The notes under the pieces: generated by a model
What the model saw: the letters and a program-made list of their open reading frames with translations, nothing else
Databases searched by the model: none
What the model was told of the DNA's origin: nothing
DNA from: Alphaproteobacteria bacterium
Lineage (GTDB): Bacteria; Pseudomonadota; Alphaproteobacteria; MPNO01; UBA830
Assembly (NCBI GenBank): GCA_965243135.1
Contig: OZ251539.1
Location: forward strand, 2,752,001 to 2,816,000
Length of the DNA: 64,000 nt
Direction of reading: 5' to 3'
Part shown: piece after piece, positions 11,485-21,389 of the stretch
Layout of the letters: each line of letters begins with the position of its first letter
Position numbering within the stretch: position 1 is the first letter of the stretch
Made by a program: the position numbers and the translations under genes

Positions 11485-12087
11485 AGCCGGACGAGGTCCC
11501 GTTCGGACATGGCCGCCTCCGCGAAAGAAGCCGCCCGCGACGCGGGTCCGGCCTGCGCTCCGTCGAAGGCGGCAGCCGGTTCGTCGCCTCGCGCGCTTGC
11601 GACTTGACGGGCCGCCCGGCCGACGCCTCGGGGCCGACGGCGTCTCCGGGTTCCGCGCCGCGCCGCAGGGCGAGAGAGCCGGTCGTTCTCGTCGTCGCGG
11701 CGCCCCTCGTCGACGGCCGCGTCGCGCGGCGGCCGCAGGGCAAGGCGGGGGAATTCCCCGGCGGCACCGCCGCCGCCGCGGAACCGCCTACCTTCTGTTC
11801 GGACTCGCGGGCGGGCGGCCGTCTCGCTGCCGCTGGTCACGGCCGCAGTTTCCCGCTACTTCGTTCGTGGGCGCGGACTGGCGGTCGGCCTCGCCGTTTC
11901 GGGCGCGGCGACAGTTTCCGGTCCTGTCGCTTCCGGGCGTCGCCGGCTGACGGGCTTCCTGCCTGGGCGTGGCGGCGCTCTCCCTGTTGGTCGTCCTTTG
12001 TTTCAGGTCGCCGCCGGAAAACCCGCCGGTCGCCCGTGCCGCCGCGGAAACTGCCGGCTGCTTGCCGCGCCAGGGGACGCGCCTGCC

Positions 12088-12250
12088 GGCCTGCCTCCGC
12101 GCGACGTTTCCGCTTCCTGGCGCGCCTCGTCCCGCCGGGCCGTTGCCGGCGGCAAAGCCCCTCGTCCGTCGGTCGCAGCAAAAGGGACGAAGGATCCGGT
12201 GTCCGGTCCCTGAACGAAATTTTTTCGTCCCCCGGGTAGCGAACGCTTAC
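12088..12250 (+). mobile_element. Right end of IS66-ended MITE-like element
   Basis: CCCCCGGGTAGCGAACGCTTAC ending at 12250. Confidence 0.7.
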
Positions 12251-12257
12251 GTCGCGT

Positions 12258-12509
12258 CTAAAATGATGAGGGATGTCCCGATTGCCGGGAAATCATCACC
12301 ATCCATAATAGAATGTCCCCCAGCAGAGTTTCGCTGGATTCCTGTCCGGTCACTCTCAAATATGAGGCGGCAGCCGTCGATGTCGCTATCCCAATGATCT
12401 GCACTCCGGCATACAGAACCCTACCATATATTCGATTCTTCCTTTCCAACTCCCCATGGATATGACGCGTCAGTTCGGCTTTCTCGCTAAGTTTCTCAAT
12501 TCTCGTCAT
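12258..12509 (-). pseudogene. Two-TM (SLATT-like) putative CBASS effector, probably truncated
   Basis: KAELTRHIH followed by two hydrophobic segments; directly downstream of the TRIP13-like gene and abutting an IS end. Confidence 0.5.
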
Positions 12510-12523
12510 TCTATATTCTTCCT

Positions 12524-13396
12524 TTATTTAACCTCGGGCGTTGCTCCAATCTCCTTAGCCGTCTCTTCAAGGATCTCCGGCGTCAATCTCTTATCAGGAT
12601 ACGCTCTGGCGATTGCTTCTGGAAGCCATCGCTGTCGGTAGTCGGAGAACGTGTATCCTACCTCGCCGTTCGCTCCTCCTGAAGCAGTCTTTTCTGCAAG
12701 CCTCTTGATCATTTCTTCGGAAATCTTGGTACCAGAAAGATCTCGACGGAGTAACTCTTCCGCTTCTTGCTTTGTGGGTCGTTCGAACAGCATTAGGCAA
12801 GCAGCTCTTCTGACTATCGCCGCATCCAATACCTTCACCCGATTTGTGCAAAGGAATGCAGCCGCCCGGCCTTTCTTCTCTCTTATCCCGTCCAGACCTT
12901 GAACCAAGAAGTTGACTCCCGCCTTTTCCTCTTGGTGCATTTGCTCCGTATTTCGCTCCGTTGCGATTGCATCAGCCTCGTCTATCAGCAAAAACGCCAA
13001 TCGTTTTTTGCCCGCGTACTCCGCTAAATTGCCGAATGCGGCTCCGATCTGCCGGCTCATATCCCCGTGCAACCCACTGCCTCGAATGTCGCTCCCCACT
13101 TTCAGCAACCTTCCCTCTCGTCCAGTGTCTTGGCTTAGCCGGTTTGCGATACATTCCGCCGTAGTCGTTTTTCCCGTTCCGACATCCCCGCTGAAGATAC
13201 ATAAAGCGTGTCGGTTTTCCGCCCACATGCAGGCGTCAATCACTCGTCCGTAATGTTTCTTGCTCCACGAAGCAACCTCGTCCTTCTCAAGGATCAACCT
13301 TAGTTGTCTAGCTACCTGTTCGTACCTTCTTTCGAATCCAACGAGTCCTGCCGCTTGCTTAGTGAGGATTTCTGTTGGCAGTTCGGTCACCTCCAT
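12524..13396 (-). CDS. TRIP13/Pch2-like AAA+ ATPase (CBASS Cap6-like)
   Basis: GDVGTGKT, LLIDEADAIA..R...QMHQEEKAGVN, CTNR...LDAAIVRRAA and GYTFSD..QR..P..IARAYP match the Cap6 family signature as recalled. Confidence 0.88.
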   Translation of the reverse strand: MEVTELPTEILTKQAAGLVGFERRYEQVARQLRLILEKDEVASWSKKHYGRVIDACMWAENRHALCIFSGDVGTGKTTTAECIANRLSQDTGREGRLLKVGSDIRGSGLHGDMSRQIGAAFGNLAEYAGKKRLAFLLIDEADAIATERNTEQMHQEEKAGVNFLVQGLDGIREKKGRAAAFLCTNRVKVLDAAIVRRAACLMLFERPTKQEAEELLRRDLSGTKISEEMIKRLAEKTASGGANGEVGYTFSDYRQRWLPEAIARAYPDKRLTPEILEETAKEIGATPEVK

Positions 13397-13477
13397 TTGT
13401 GCGACTCCTTATTCGTAGCTTACTCGTGTAAGCCCATAATCCCCGTAACTAAAGGTTCTCATACCGGTTTCTTTTAG

Positions 13478-15234
13478 CCCGCATATCTCACCAGAGCGAA
13501 TCAGGGGGCTGGATTCGGGTTACGGGCGCGGTTTTCGGAACGACCGACGAGCCGGAGAAGCGGGGCGCAGTCGGCAAGCAAGGATTTTTCGTGAACGAAA
13601 CGCGAACTTGTGCGGTTGTGGATGATTCCGACGCCGTGGAATCCAGTACCCGAGCATACCTGTCCCGTGGCCGACGTTCCGGCTTTCAAAAAAGGGCTGT
13701 CGAGGCCGCGAGCGGCGTCAGGTCGGGGCCGGCGGCGCAGCCGCCTGCAGGTTCGCCAGGACCCGGGCGAATAGATCCTTCCAGGGCCAGACCGACGAAA
13801 ACGAGAGCAGAACCCTCCGAACCGAGATGCGGATGCAGACGGCGACCTTGAGGAGCTTCGTCCGAATCGTTCCGGCCTGCGCCCTGTCCTCCCCGGTGCC
13901 GGCCAGGCCGACCCTCCGAATCGCCGCCACCAGGTGGCTGGCGAACGTCGCAAAGTCGAGGCGCAACTGGTTCGCCCGCATGGTCGCGGTCGAAGTCCGA
14001 TCGGCGAACAGGTCGAGTTGCTGCTCCTTGATGCGGTTCTCCATTTCGCCGCGCGCGCAGTACAGATCCTCGTAGAGAGCCTGCGCCCCCGCCCGCTTGC
14101 AGCCCAGCGAAGTCACGACGAAGCGGGCGTTGAGGCCGCGAGGACCCGGCAGCCACTCCGCCTTCGCGACCACCCGCCGCGTCCGGCTCCACGACCTTCG
14201 GGTCCGGTACCGGAAGTCGCAGAACCGCCGCGACGACTCGCCGGTCGAGAGGCAACGGCGGCGCGACTTGCGCAACTGCCTGGCGATGCGCTCCGCCAGA
14301 CGGGGGTTGCGGGACAGGCCGAACAGGTAGTCGACCCCGTTGTCTTCGCACCACGTCATGAGTTCGTCGCGGCAAAAGCCGCCGTCGCCGCGAACGACGA
14401 TCCCGGTCTCCGGCCAGCGCTTGCGAATGCGCTCCACAATCCGTGCCAACTCCTCCGCCGTGCCCGCCGCCGGGTCGACGTTCGCAGGCCGCAACCGCGA
14501 ACACAAAATCAGGTCGTCCCACACGATGTAGAGCGGAAGGTAGCAGTATGAGTCGTAGTAGCCGTGGAAGTGACGCCCCTCCTGGTTGCCGTGCACCAGG
14601 TCGTCGGTGGAGTCGACGTCCAGCCAGATCTCTTTCGGCGGCGACGGACAGGCGTCGAGGGACAAGTCGATCTTGAGATCGTCCAGCGCTCCCGGAATGG
14701 CCGTGATCTTCTTGTACCGGTGCGTCTCGGCCTCGCCGGGAACGCCCAACTCGAACCGGTTCAAGGTGCTCGAACCGGCCAACGGAATGCCGCGGTCGCG
14801 CTCCCGAACCCGCTCCTCCCCGGTCAGGTCGGTGCACCCGACGGCCAGCGCCAGCACGCTGTCGGCCCGAAGCTGGTCGTGATCGTTGACGTCCTCGTAA
14901 CCCTGTAAAAGGCCGAACAACCGCTGCGAAACCAGCCGCTGCACCGGGTGCTCGAGGCGTTCCTGGCATCGGTGGTCCTCGAAGCAAGCCGCCATTCGCG
15001 GCGTCAGGTTGAGCAGCGCGTCGGCCTGGCGCAACAGCGTCGCGCCGCCGTCGGTGCTGAGGCGGCCGCCTTCGAAATCGCCGACCACCTTGCGGCTTCC
15101 GAGGCCTTGAAACTCAAGCTGCAACGGTTTACAGTCTGTGGGGTTTCCTTTCGCAGGTCGTGTAGTGGGTTGATTCTTCTATATGTATTGCGAATCGGGG
15201 GCCCCATGCAACCAGTAGTGGTGAGATATCCGGG
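13478..15234 (-). mobile_element. IS1380-family element, complete
   Basis: TIR CCCG(C/G)ATATCTCACCA at both ends; TTAG duplicated on both flanks. Confidence 0.92.
13718..15124 (-). CDS. IS1380-family transposase
   Basis: FEGGRLSTDGG, LDVDSTDD, RGDGGF and YCARGEMENRIKE motifs; exact start uncertain. Confidence 0.92.
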   Translation of the reverse strand: MQLEFQGLGSRKVVGDFEGGRLSTDGGATLLRQADALLNLTPRMAACFEDHRCQERLEHPVQRLVSQRLFGLLQGYEDVNDHDQLRADSVLALAVGCTDLTGEERVRERDRGIPLAGSSTLNRFELGVPGEAETHRYKKITAIPGALDDLKIDLSLDACPSPPKEIWLDVDSTDDLVHGNQEGRHFHGYYDSYCYLPLYIVWDDLILCSRLRPANVDPAAGTAEELARIVERIRKRWPETGIVVRGDGGFCRDELMTWCEDNGVDYLFGLSRNPRLAERIARQLRKSRRRCLSTGESSRRFCDFRYRTRRSWSRTRRVVAKAEWLPGPRGLNARFVVTSLGCKRAGAQALYEDLYCARGEMENRIKEQQLDLFADRTSTATMRANQLRLDFATFASHLVAAIRRVGLAGTGEDRAQAGTIRTKLLKVAVCIRISVRRVLLSFSSVWPWKDLFARVLANLQAAAPPAPT

Positions 15235-15299
15235 TTAGGCTGCTGTAATCCAAGCTGTAATTGCTCGGTCCCCATTTATTTTCCCGCTATCAACTCCGA

Positions 15300-16472
15300 T
15301 GGGATGGACGCCCCCTCCCCGGCGGCATCGCGTTGTGCCATAGTGCTGTCGAACCACAACATATGGAGAGAGGACATCCATGGAACAGGTTAGCATAATT
15401 GGCCTGGCGAAGCGGAGTTTCTCGCTTCACGGCGCTCGAGCGGACGGATCCGTTGCGTTTCGCCGGACCCTCGGCCGCCCGAAGGTTCTGGACTTCCTGA
15501 AGCGACAGCCGAAGTGCATCGTGGAGGCTTGCGGCAGCTCGCACTACTGGGGCCGGGAGAAGCTTGGCCACGAGGTCAGGTTGTTGCCACCCGTCAAGCC
15601 GTTCGTCAAGCGTCAGAAGAACGACACGGGCGGACGCCGAAGCCGCACCGACGTCGTCGCCGTGAAGACCGAGGAACAGCAGGGAATGATGTGGCATGCG
15701 CGCAGCCTGTTCGTGCGGCAGCGGACCCAGACGGCACTTCGCGGTCGCGGAGTTCGGTCTCGTGGTTCCCCAAGGCACCGCCAACGTCAGGAAGCTCGAA
15801 GATGCGTTGCTGGCATCGCCTGCCCGACCTGGTACACCGCCGCCGATTTGTTGGAGCGGCAGTCTGAAAAAGAAGATCGACGAGCAAAAGGGCGCTTGCG
15901 AAGGAGGACTCGAAGCGGAGCATTCCCGGGGTCGGTCCCTTGACCGCTTCGGCAGCCTTCGCGCCGGGAGAACTTCCGGTCGGGGCGCGACTTCGCGGCC
16001 TGGCTGGGTCTGACGCCGAGAGAGGACAGCACGGGCGGCAAAGTGAGGCTTGGCCACGGGTCAGCGTGACAGAGCATCGGGTCAGTCGTTCGGTTGGCGA
16101 AACGACGCGGGATGGGCTCGTGGCTGGCGCTTGCGACCAAGCCTCCGAAGCTGGTGACGGCTGGCCAACGGCGCGTATCGCTTGGGCGCTGCTGACGAAG
16201 AGGGAGTTCTACCAGGTGCCGGCAGCGGCTGCCGACTGAGGGTTTCCCGGGATCCGACGGCGCTAGCGCTGGACGTCGGGGGCAAGGACGGAGGGAGAGT
16301 AAGGGCAAATGGTCGCGGGCAAACCAGCTGCACTTCTTGTGTGCTTCGAGCACGCACTTGGACCCGGTCCGCGTATCGCCGTCCGCGGCCACTGAAGTCG
16401 CATCCAGAGACACGAATGTACTTGACGCACCGAGCTTTCCAAAATGCTTGCATCAACGGGGGCGTCCACACA
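15300..16472 (+). mobile_element. IS110-family (IS1111 group) element with frameshifted recombinase (15380..16239)
   Basis: MEQVSIIG.LAK, EACGSSHYWGR and VKPFVKRQKND motifs; perfect 11-bp subterminal IR TGGACGCCCCC at 15305 and 16458. Confidence 0.88.
16240..16457 (+). ncRNA. Putative IS1111 seek/bridge RNA region
   Basis: About 220-bp non-coding region between the recombinase stop and the right IR, the known position in the IS1111 group; contains short matches to the flanks. Confidence 0.55.
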
Positions 16473-16647
16473 CGAAGTGCAATACCGACGGTCGGCAATC
16501 CCTGTCGCCAAGGCAGTATGGGTTGGCCGGTGCGTCAAGGTGCCGGGGCGGCGGTCCGCGCGGCGACGAACCGGCGGAACCGACTGCCGCCGCAGGCCGA
16601 ACCCGCGGCGGCGTTCTTTCGCGGAGGCGGCCGTGACGGGAAACCGT

Positions 16648-18180
16648 TCAGGCGGCCTCGCAATCGAACCCGACGACGTTGCGCTCCTCGCGGCTGAACT
16701 CCACCCCGATCAGGTGCACCGAACGCCCGAGATGACGGTATTTGTCCGCATAGCCCTTCTCCCGCAGCTGCGCGAGCGCGGTCCCCTCCCGCCCGCGCTC
16801 CACCACCTTGAACTCGAACAGGTAGACGCGCCCGCCGACGCGGATCGCCATGTCGGCGCGCCCCCGGCTGCCGCTGTCCTCCGCAACCGGCTCGAAGCCC
16901 TCCATCAGGAAGCAACTGTGGATGACGCTCGCGTAGTGGGCCTCGTACTTCGCGACCGGGCTGTTCATGTACCATTGGTGCGGAATGGCGGCGAAAATGC
17001 CGCGGAACAGAGTTTCGAGACGCTCGAAGTCGTTCGCTTCCAGCAGTTCGCCCAACCGCAGGTTCTCCGTCTCCTCGAGGGCCTCGACCGGGAGCAGTTC
17101 TTCCAGCAGGGCCTCGCCCAGGCTCTGGCGCACCTCGAGGTTCGGATAGTCCAGCCGGTAGCGCCCGTTCTCCTCGCCGACGATGGTGAGGTAGCCGGTC
17201 TGGAACAGAAGCGCCTCGACCGAGACCTTGTCCACGTCGAAGGTCGAGAGCAGGCTCTCGCTGCCGGTCATGCCGTCCAGGCGGGGAGTGGGCAGGTTGC
17301 GGCGCGCCAGCGTCTCGACCAGGAAGGTCGGCGTGCCGCTATGGAACCAGTAGTTGCCGAACTTGCGTTTGTCGAACAGCAGCAGAAGGCCGAACGGGTT
17401 GTAGACCCTCTCCGGTCCGAGCCAGTTGTAGCCGTTGTACCAGCGGCGGATTTCGTCCCGGTCCAGGCCCTCCAGTTCCGGGGCGAAGACCGCGTCCAGT
17501 TCCGCGTCCGTGCAGCCGCAAATAGCGCCGTAGCGCTCGTCCAGCGTGATGTCGTTCAGGTTGTTCAGGCCAGAGAACAGACCCGCTTTCGAGAACTTGC
17601 TCACCCCCGTCAGGAAAACGAAACGCAGCTGCCTGTCGCAGGCCACCCCGTACAGGCTGCGCAGGAAGTCGCGGTTGGCCAGCGCCAGGTCCCGGTCGCC
17701 GAGCGCGTCCAGGATCGGCTTGTCGTATTCGTCCACCAGCACGACCGCCCGCCGCCCGGTGCGCTCGTGCAGCGCCTCGATCAATTCGTGGAAACGGACC
17801 GCCGCCCCGGCGGGGCCCGGTTCGAGGCCGGCGCGCCTCTCCGCCGCCGCCAGTTGCCTTTCCACGGTTCCCCGAACCCCGTCCGGGCCGTCGAAGCGGC
17901 CCACGCCGCTGAAATCCAGCCGCACGACCGGGTGGTGCGCTGACCAGTCCCACCTGCCGTGCACGGCGAGGCCCCGGAACAACTCCTCGCTTCCCTCGAA
18001 CAGCTCCTGCAGCGTGTCCACCAGCAGACTCTTGCCGAACCGGCGCGGACGCGACAGGAAATAGTACTTGCCCCTCTCGACGAGGCGGCGCACATGGTCC
18101 GTCTTGTCGACGTAGTAGCAGTCCATCCCCCGGATCTCCCGGAGGGAGGAAAAGCCGATCGGAAGCATGCGTCTCGTCAT
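16648..18180 (-). CDS. AAA-ATPase-like / PD-(D/E)XK protein, copy 3
   Basis: Open frame MTRRMLPIG..RPRRFGKS..VDEYDKP..YLFEFK..VGFDCEAA. Confidence 0.92.
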   Translation of the reverse strand: MTRRMLPIGFSSLREIRGMDCYYVDKTDHVRRLVERGKYYFLSRPRRFGKSLLVDTLQELFEGSEELFRGLAVHGRWDWSAHHPVVRLDFSGVGRFDGPDGVRGTVERQLAAAERRAGLEPGPAGAAVRFHELIEALHERTGRRAVVLVDEYDKPILDALGDRDLALANRDFLRSLYGVACDRQLRFVFLTGVSKFSKAGLFSGLNNLNDITLDERYGAICGCTDAELDAVFAPELEGLDRDEIRRWYNGYNWLGPERVYNPFGLLLLFDKRKFGNYWFHSGTPTFLVETLARRNLPTPRLDGMTGSESLLSTFDVDKVSVEALLFQTGYLTIVGEENGRYRLDYPNLEVRQSLGEALLEELLPVEALEETENLRLGELLEANDFERLETLFRGIFAAIPHQWYMNSPVAKYEAHYASVIHSCFLMEGFEPVAEDSGSRGRADMAIRVGGRVYLFEFKVVERGREGTALAQLREKGYADKYRHLGRSVHLIGVEFSREERNVVGFDCEAA

Positions 18181-18183
18181 CCG

Positions 18184-18864
18184 AAGAGGGTAGGCCGCCG
18201 CGCCGGAGCCGTCAAGAAGTCGGCGGCGGCAGGCGCGTCCCCTGGCGCGGCAAGCAGCCGGCAGTTTCCGCGGCGGCACGGCGGGGAAAAGCGCGGAGGC
18301 GAGCGAAGCTGTCGCTCCGCGGAAATCCTGCTCCGCCGAGGCGAGCGCGTTCGACGCGCTCAACGCGCGGCCTGGAGGCCGCGGGCGAACGCCGACGGAA
18401 GACGCCGCCGCCAAAGGCGACGCGCGTCGACAACGACGTCAACGCCGGATTCGCGAGCCTCGACGGCAAGGTCGACGCCCTCGCCGCGGAAACCGGGGCC
18501 GACGCAACGCGACGGCAAGCGCCCTCGCCAGGGAAAGCCGCGCGCCGACGATTGCCGCGGCAGGCCTCGCACCTGCAGCTGGTTCGGCGCCGGAGGCGCG
18601 CGACGACATGCGCCGCAAGCGGCGAGACGCCTGAACGTCAGGCAGCGGTTCCGTCGAACGAGAGCGTCGTCCGGTCGAGCGAGCGGACTTCCGCCGCCGA
18701 AAACCATAGCTCGTTCGAAGCCATCAACCGAAGCGGCTCGCGAAACCGGAAACGGTGGCGGCGGGCGTTGGCCTCCGTTTTTGAACTCGCCCGCCTGACC
18801 TCTCCGCCACATGAAAACGGTCGGTCAGCCACCACGCGCGTTGCGCTTCAAACTTGAAGGGGCG
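18184..18864 (-). mobile_element. IS30-ended non-coding element, inverted copy
   Basis: Reverse-complement homologue of 9278..9960. Confidence 0.7.
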
Positions 18865-18951
18865 AAGAGCTTTTACTCGGAGAATAAATCCGCCGTGCGC
18901 GCACTCGACGCTCTCCTTGACGGTTCCGGCATGGCGGCCTACCCTCTTCGG

Positions 18952-20491
18952 ATGACGAGACGCATGCTTCCGACCGGCTTGACCTCCCTCCGGGAGATCC
19001 GGGAGCTGGACTGCTACTACGTCGACAAGACGGACCATGTGCGCCGCCTCGTCGAGAGGGGCAAGTACAATTTCCTGTCGCGTCCGCGCCGGTTCGGCAA
19101 GAGCCTGCTGGTGGACACGCTGCAGGAGTTGTTCGAGGGAAGCGAGGAGCTGTTCCGGGGCCTCGCCGTGCACGACAAGTGGGACTGGTCGGCGCGCCAT
19201 CCGGTCGTGCGGATCAGTTTCGGTTCCGGCAAGCTCGACGCCCCCGACCGGCTGCACAGGAACGCGATGATGCAGCTCGACGCCGCCGAAAAGCGCGCCG
19301 GCGTCCAATGCGGCTACCCGGACGCCTCCGACCGCCTTCACCATTTGATCTCCGAACTGCACGAGCGCGCCGGGCGGCGCGTGGTCGTTCTGGTGGACGA
19401 GTACGACAAGCCGATCCTGGACGCGCTCGGCGACCGGGAACGGGCGCTGGCCAACCGCGACTTCCTGCGCGGCTTCTACAGCGTCGTCAAGGACTGCGAC
19501 GCGCATATCCGGTTCGCCTTCCTTACCGGCGTGAGCAAGTTCTCGCAGGCGGGCCTGTTCTCGGGCCTGAACAACCTGCGCGACATCACCCTCGATCCGC
19601 GTTTCGGCGCCATCTGCGGCTACACGGACGGCGAGCTGGACGCGGTCTTCGCCCCGGAACTCGACGGCCTGGACCGGGAGAAGGTCCGGCGCTGGTACAA
19701 CGGCTACAACTGGCGCGGGCCGGAGAGGGTCTACAACCCGTTCGACATTCTCCTTCTCTTCGAAACGCGCGAGTTCGAGGCGCACTGGTTCCGGACCGGC
19801 ACGCCGACCTTCCTCGCCGACCTTCTGTCGCGGCGCCGGTTCGCGCCGCCGGCCCTGGAGGATCTGGTTGCGGACGACGACCTGCTGTCGGCCATCGACG
19901 TCGACCGCATTCCCGTCGAGGCGCTGCTGTTCCAGACCGGCTACCTGACCATCGTCGACGAGGAGCGGGACGAGGACACGCGCCTCTACCGGCTGGACTA
20001 CCCGAACCAGGAGGTGAAGCGCAGCCTGAACGCGCTCCTGCTGAAGGCGATGGCGCCGGAGGTCACGGTCGCGGCGGAGAGCCGGGAGTTGCGCCGCCTG
20101 GGCGAACGACTTCGCCGGCCTTGAGAATCTGTTCCGGGCGTTCCTGGCGAGCATCCCGAACGAGTGGTACGCGAACACGGGCATGGCGGGCTACGAGGCG
20201 CACTACGCCAGCGTGTTCTACTCGCACTTCGTGGCGGCGGGGATGGACGTCCGCGCCGAGGAGAGCACCGCGCGCGGCCGCTCGGACCTGACGCTCCTGT
20301 ACAACGGCAGCGTCTACCTGTTCGAGTTCAAGGTCGCGGACGGGAAGCCGCAAGGCCGGGCGCTGGCGCAGATTCGGGAGCGCGGCTACGCGGACAAGTA
20401 CCGGCGTCCGGGCGTGCCGGTCCACCTGATCGGGGTGGAGTTCGGCCGGGAGGAGCGCAACATCGTCGGGTTCGAGTTCGAGACCGTCTGA
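18952..20491 (+). pseudogene. AAA-ATPase-like / PD-(D/E)XK protein, copy 4 (frameshift near 20110)
   Basis: ORF pieces 18952..20124 and 20183..20491 together give the full domain order; C-terminal half more divergent than in the other copies. Confidence 0.88.
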
Positions 20492-20751
20492 AGCCGGGAG
20501 CCGTCCCGTTCGGACGCAGGCGGGCGTCTCCGCAAAAGGCGCCGGGCGGCCACGCCGGCCACGCACCGAGCCTGGCGGGTCGCGCGCATGAACGCCGAAA
20601 TCAGTCGACGCCGCGACCGTGGGCCGTTTGCGGCGCCGACAGCCGCTCGCTCAAGAACAGTCTCCCGCGCCGGAGCGCACCGGCCGCCCGACGGGACGCG
20701 CCGGCGCGGCGCGGGAACTCCGGGCCGACGTTCGGCCGGCGGCCTACCCTC

Positions 20752-21070
20752 TGACGAGACGCATGCTTCCGACCGGCATGACCTCCCTCCGGAAAATCCG
20801 GACGAGGGATTGCTACTACGTCGACAAGACGGAGCATGTGCGCCGCCTCGTCGAAGGGGGCGATTTCCTGTCGCGTCCGCGCCGGTTCGGCAAGACCCTG
20901 CTGGTGGACACGCTGCAGAAGCTGTTCGAGGGAAGCAAGGAGTTGTTCCGGGGCCTCGCCGTGCACGATAAGTGGGACTGGTCGGCGCGCTGTCGTGCGG
21001 CTTAGCTTCAGCAGGGGCAATTTCGTCGTCCAGGACGGGGTAACCATGGAAAGGCAGCTGGCGGCGAGGG
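20752..21070 (+). pseudogene. AAA-ATPase-like protein 5' fragment, copy 5
   Basis: TRRMLPTG..YYVDKT..RPRRFGKT; start codon lost and gene truncated. Confidence 0.85.
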
Positions 21071-21389
21071 ACCGGACACAGGATCCTTCGCCCCTTTTGC
21101 TGCGACCGACGGACGAGGAGCTTTGCCGCCGGCAACGGCCCGGCGGGACGAGGCGCGCCAGGAAGCGGAAACGTCGCGCGGAGGCAGGCCGGCAGGCGAC
21201 GTTCCGGAAAACGCAGCGCGCGCTCCTGCGCCGCGCCGCCCGGCGAAACGCCGAAAACCCGCCCCGGCGTCGGCCGCGAAACGGTGCGCCGCCGAAAAGG
21301 GACGGCCGCAACTCCGGAAGAGCCGCCTCTCACGAAATCGCGCAGCATTGCGGGCCGGTCGGCGGGGGGGCAATGGCATTTACTGCGGC

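Larger units (their letters stand above)
13409..15285 (-). pseudogene. Bacterial HORMA-domain gene 3' remnant interrupted by IS1380
   Basis: Removing the IS and one TTAG gives the open frame KWGPSNYSLDYSSLKETGMRTFSYGDYGLTRVSYE*, immediately upstream of the Cap6-like gene. Confidence 0.6.

Noticed and set aside
6093-21070. Diversity-generating retroelement behind the AAA paralogue variation
   Set aside because: No reverse transcriptase in the window, and the differences are block substitutions and indels rather than adenine-specific changes.
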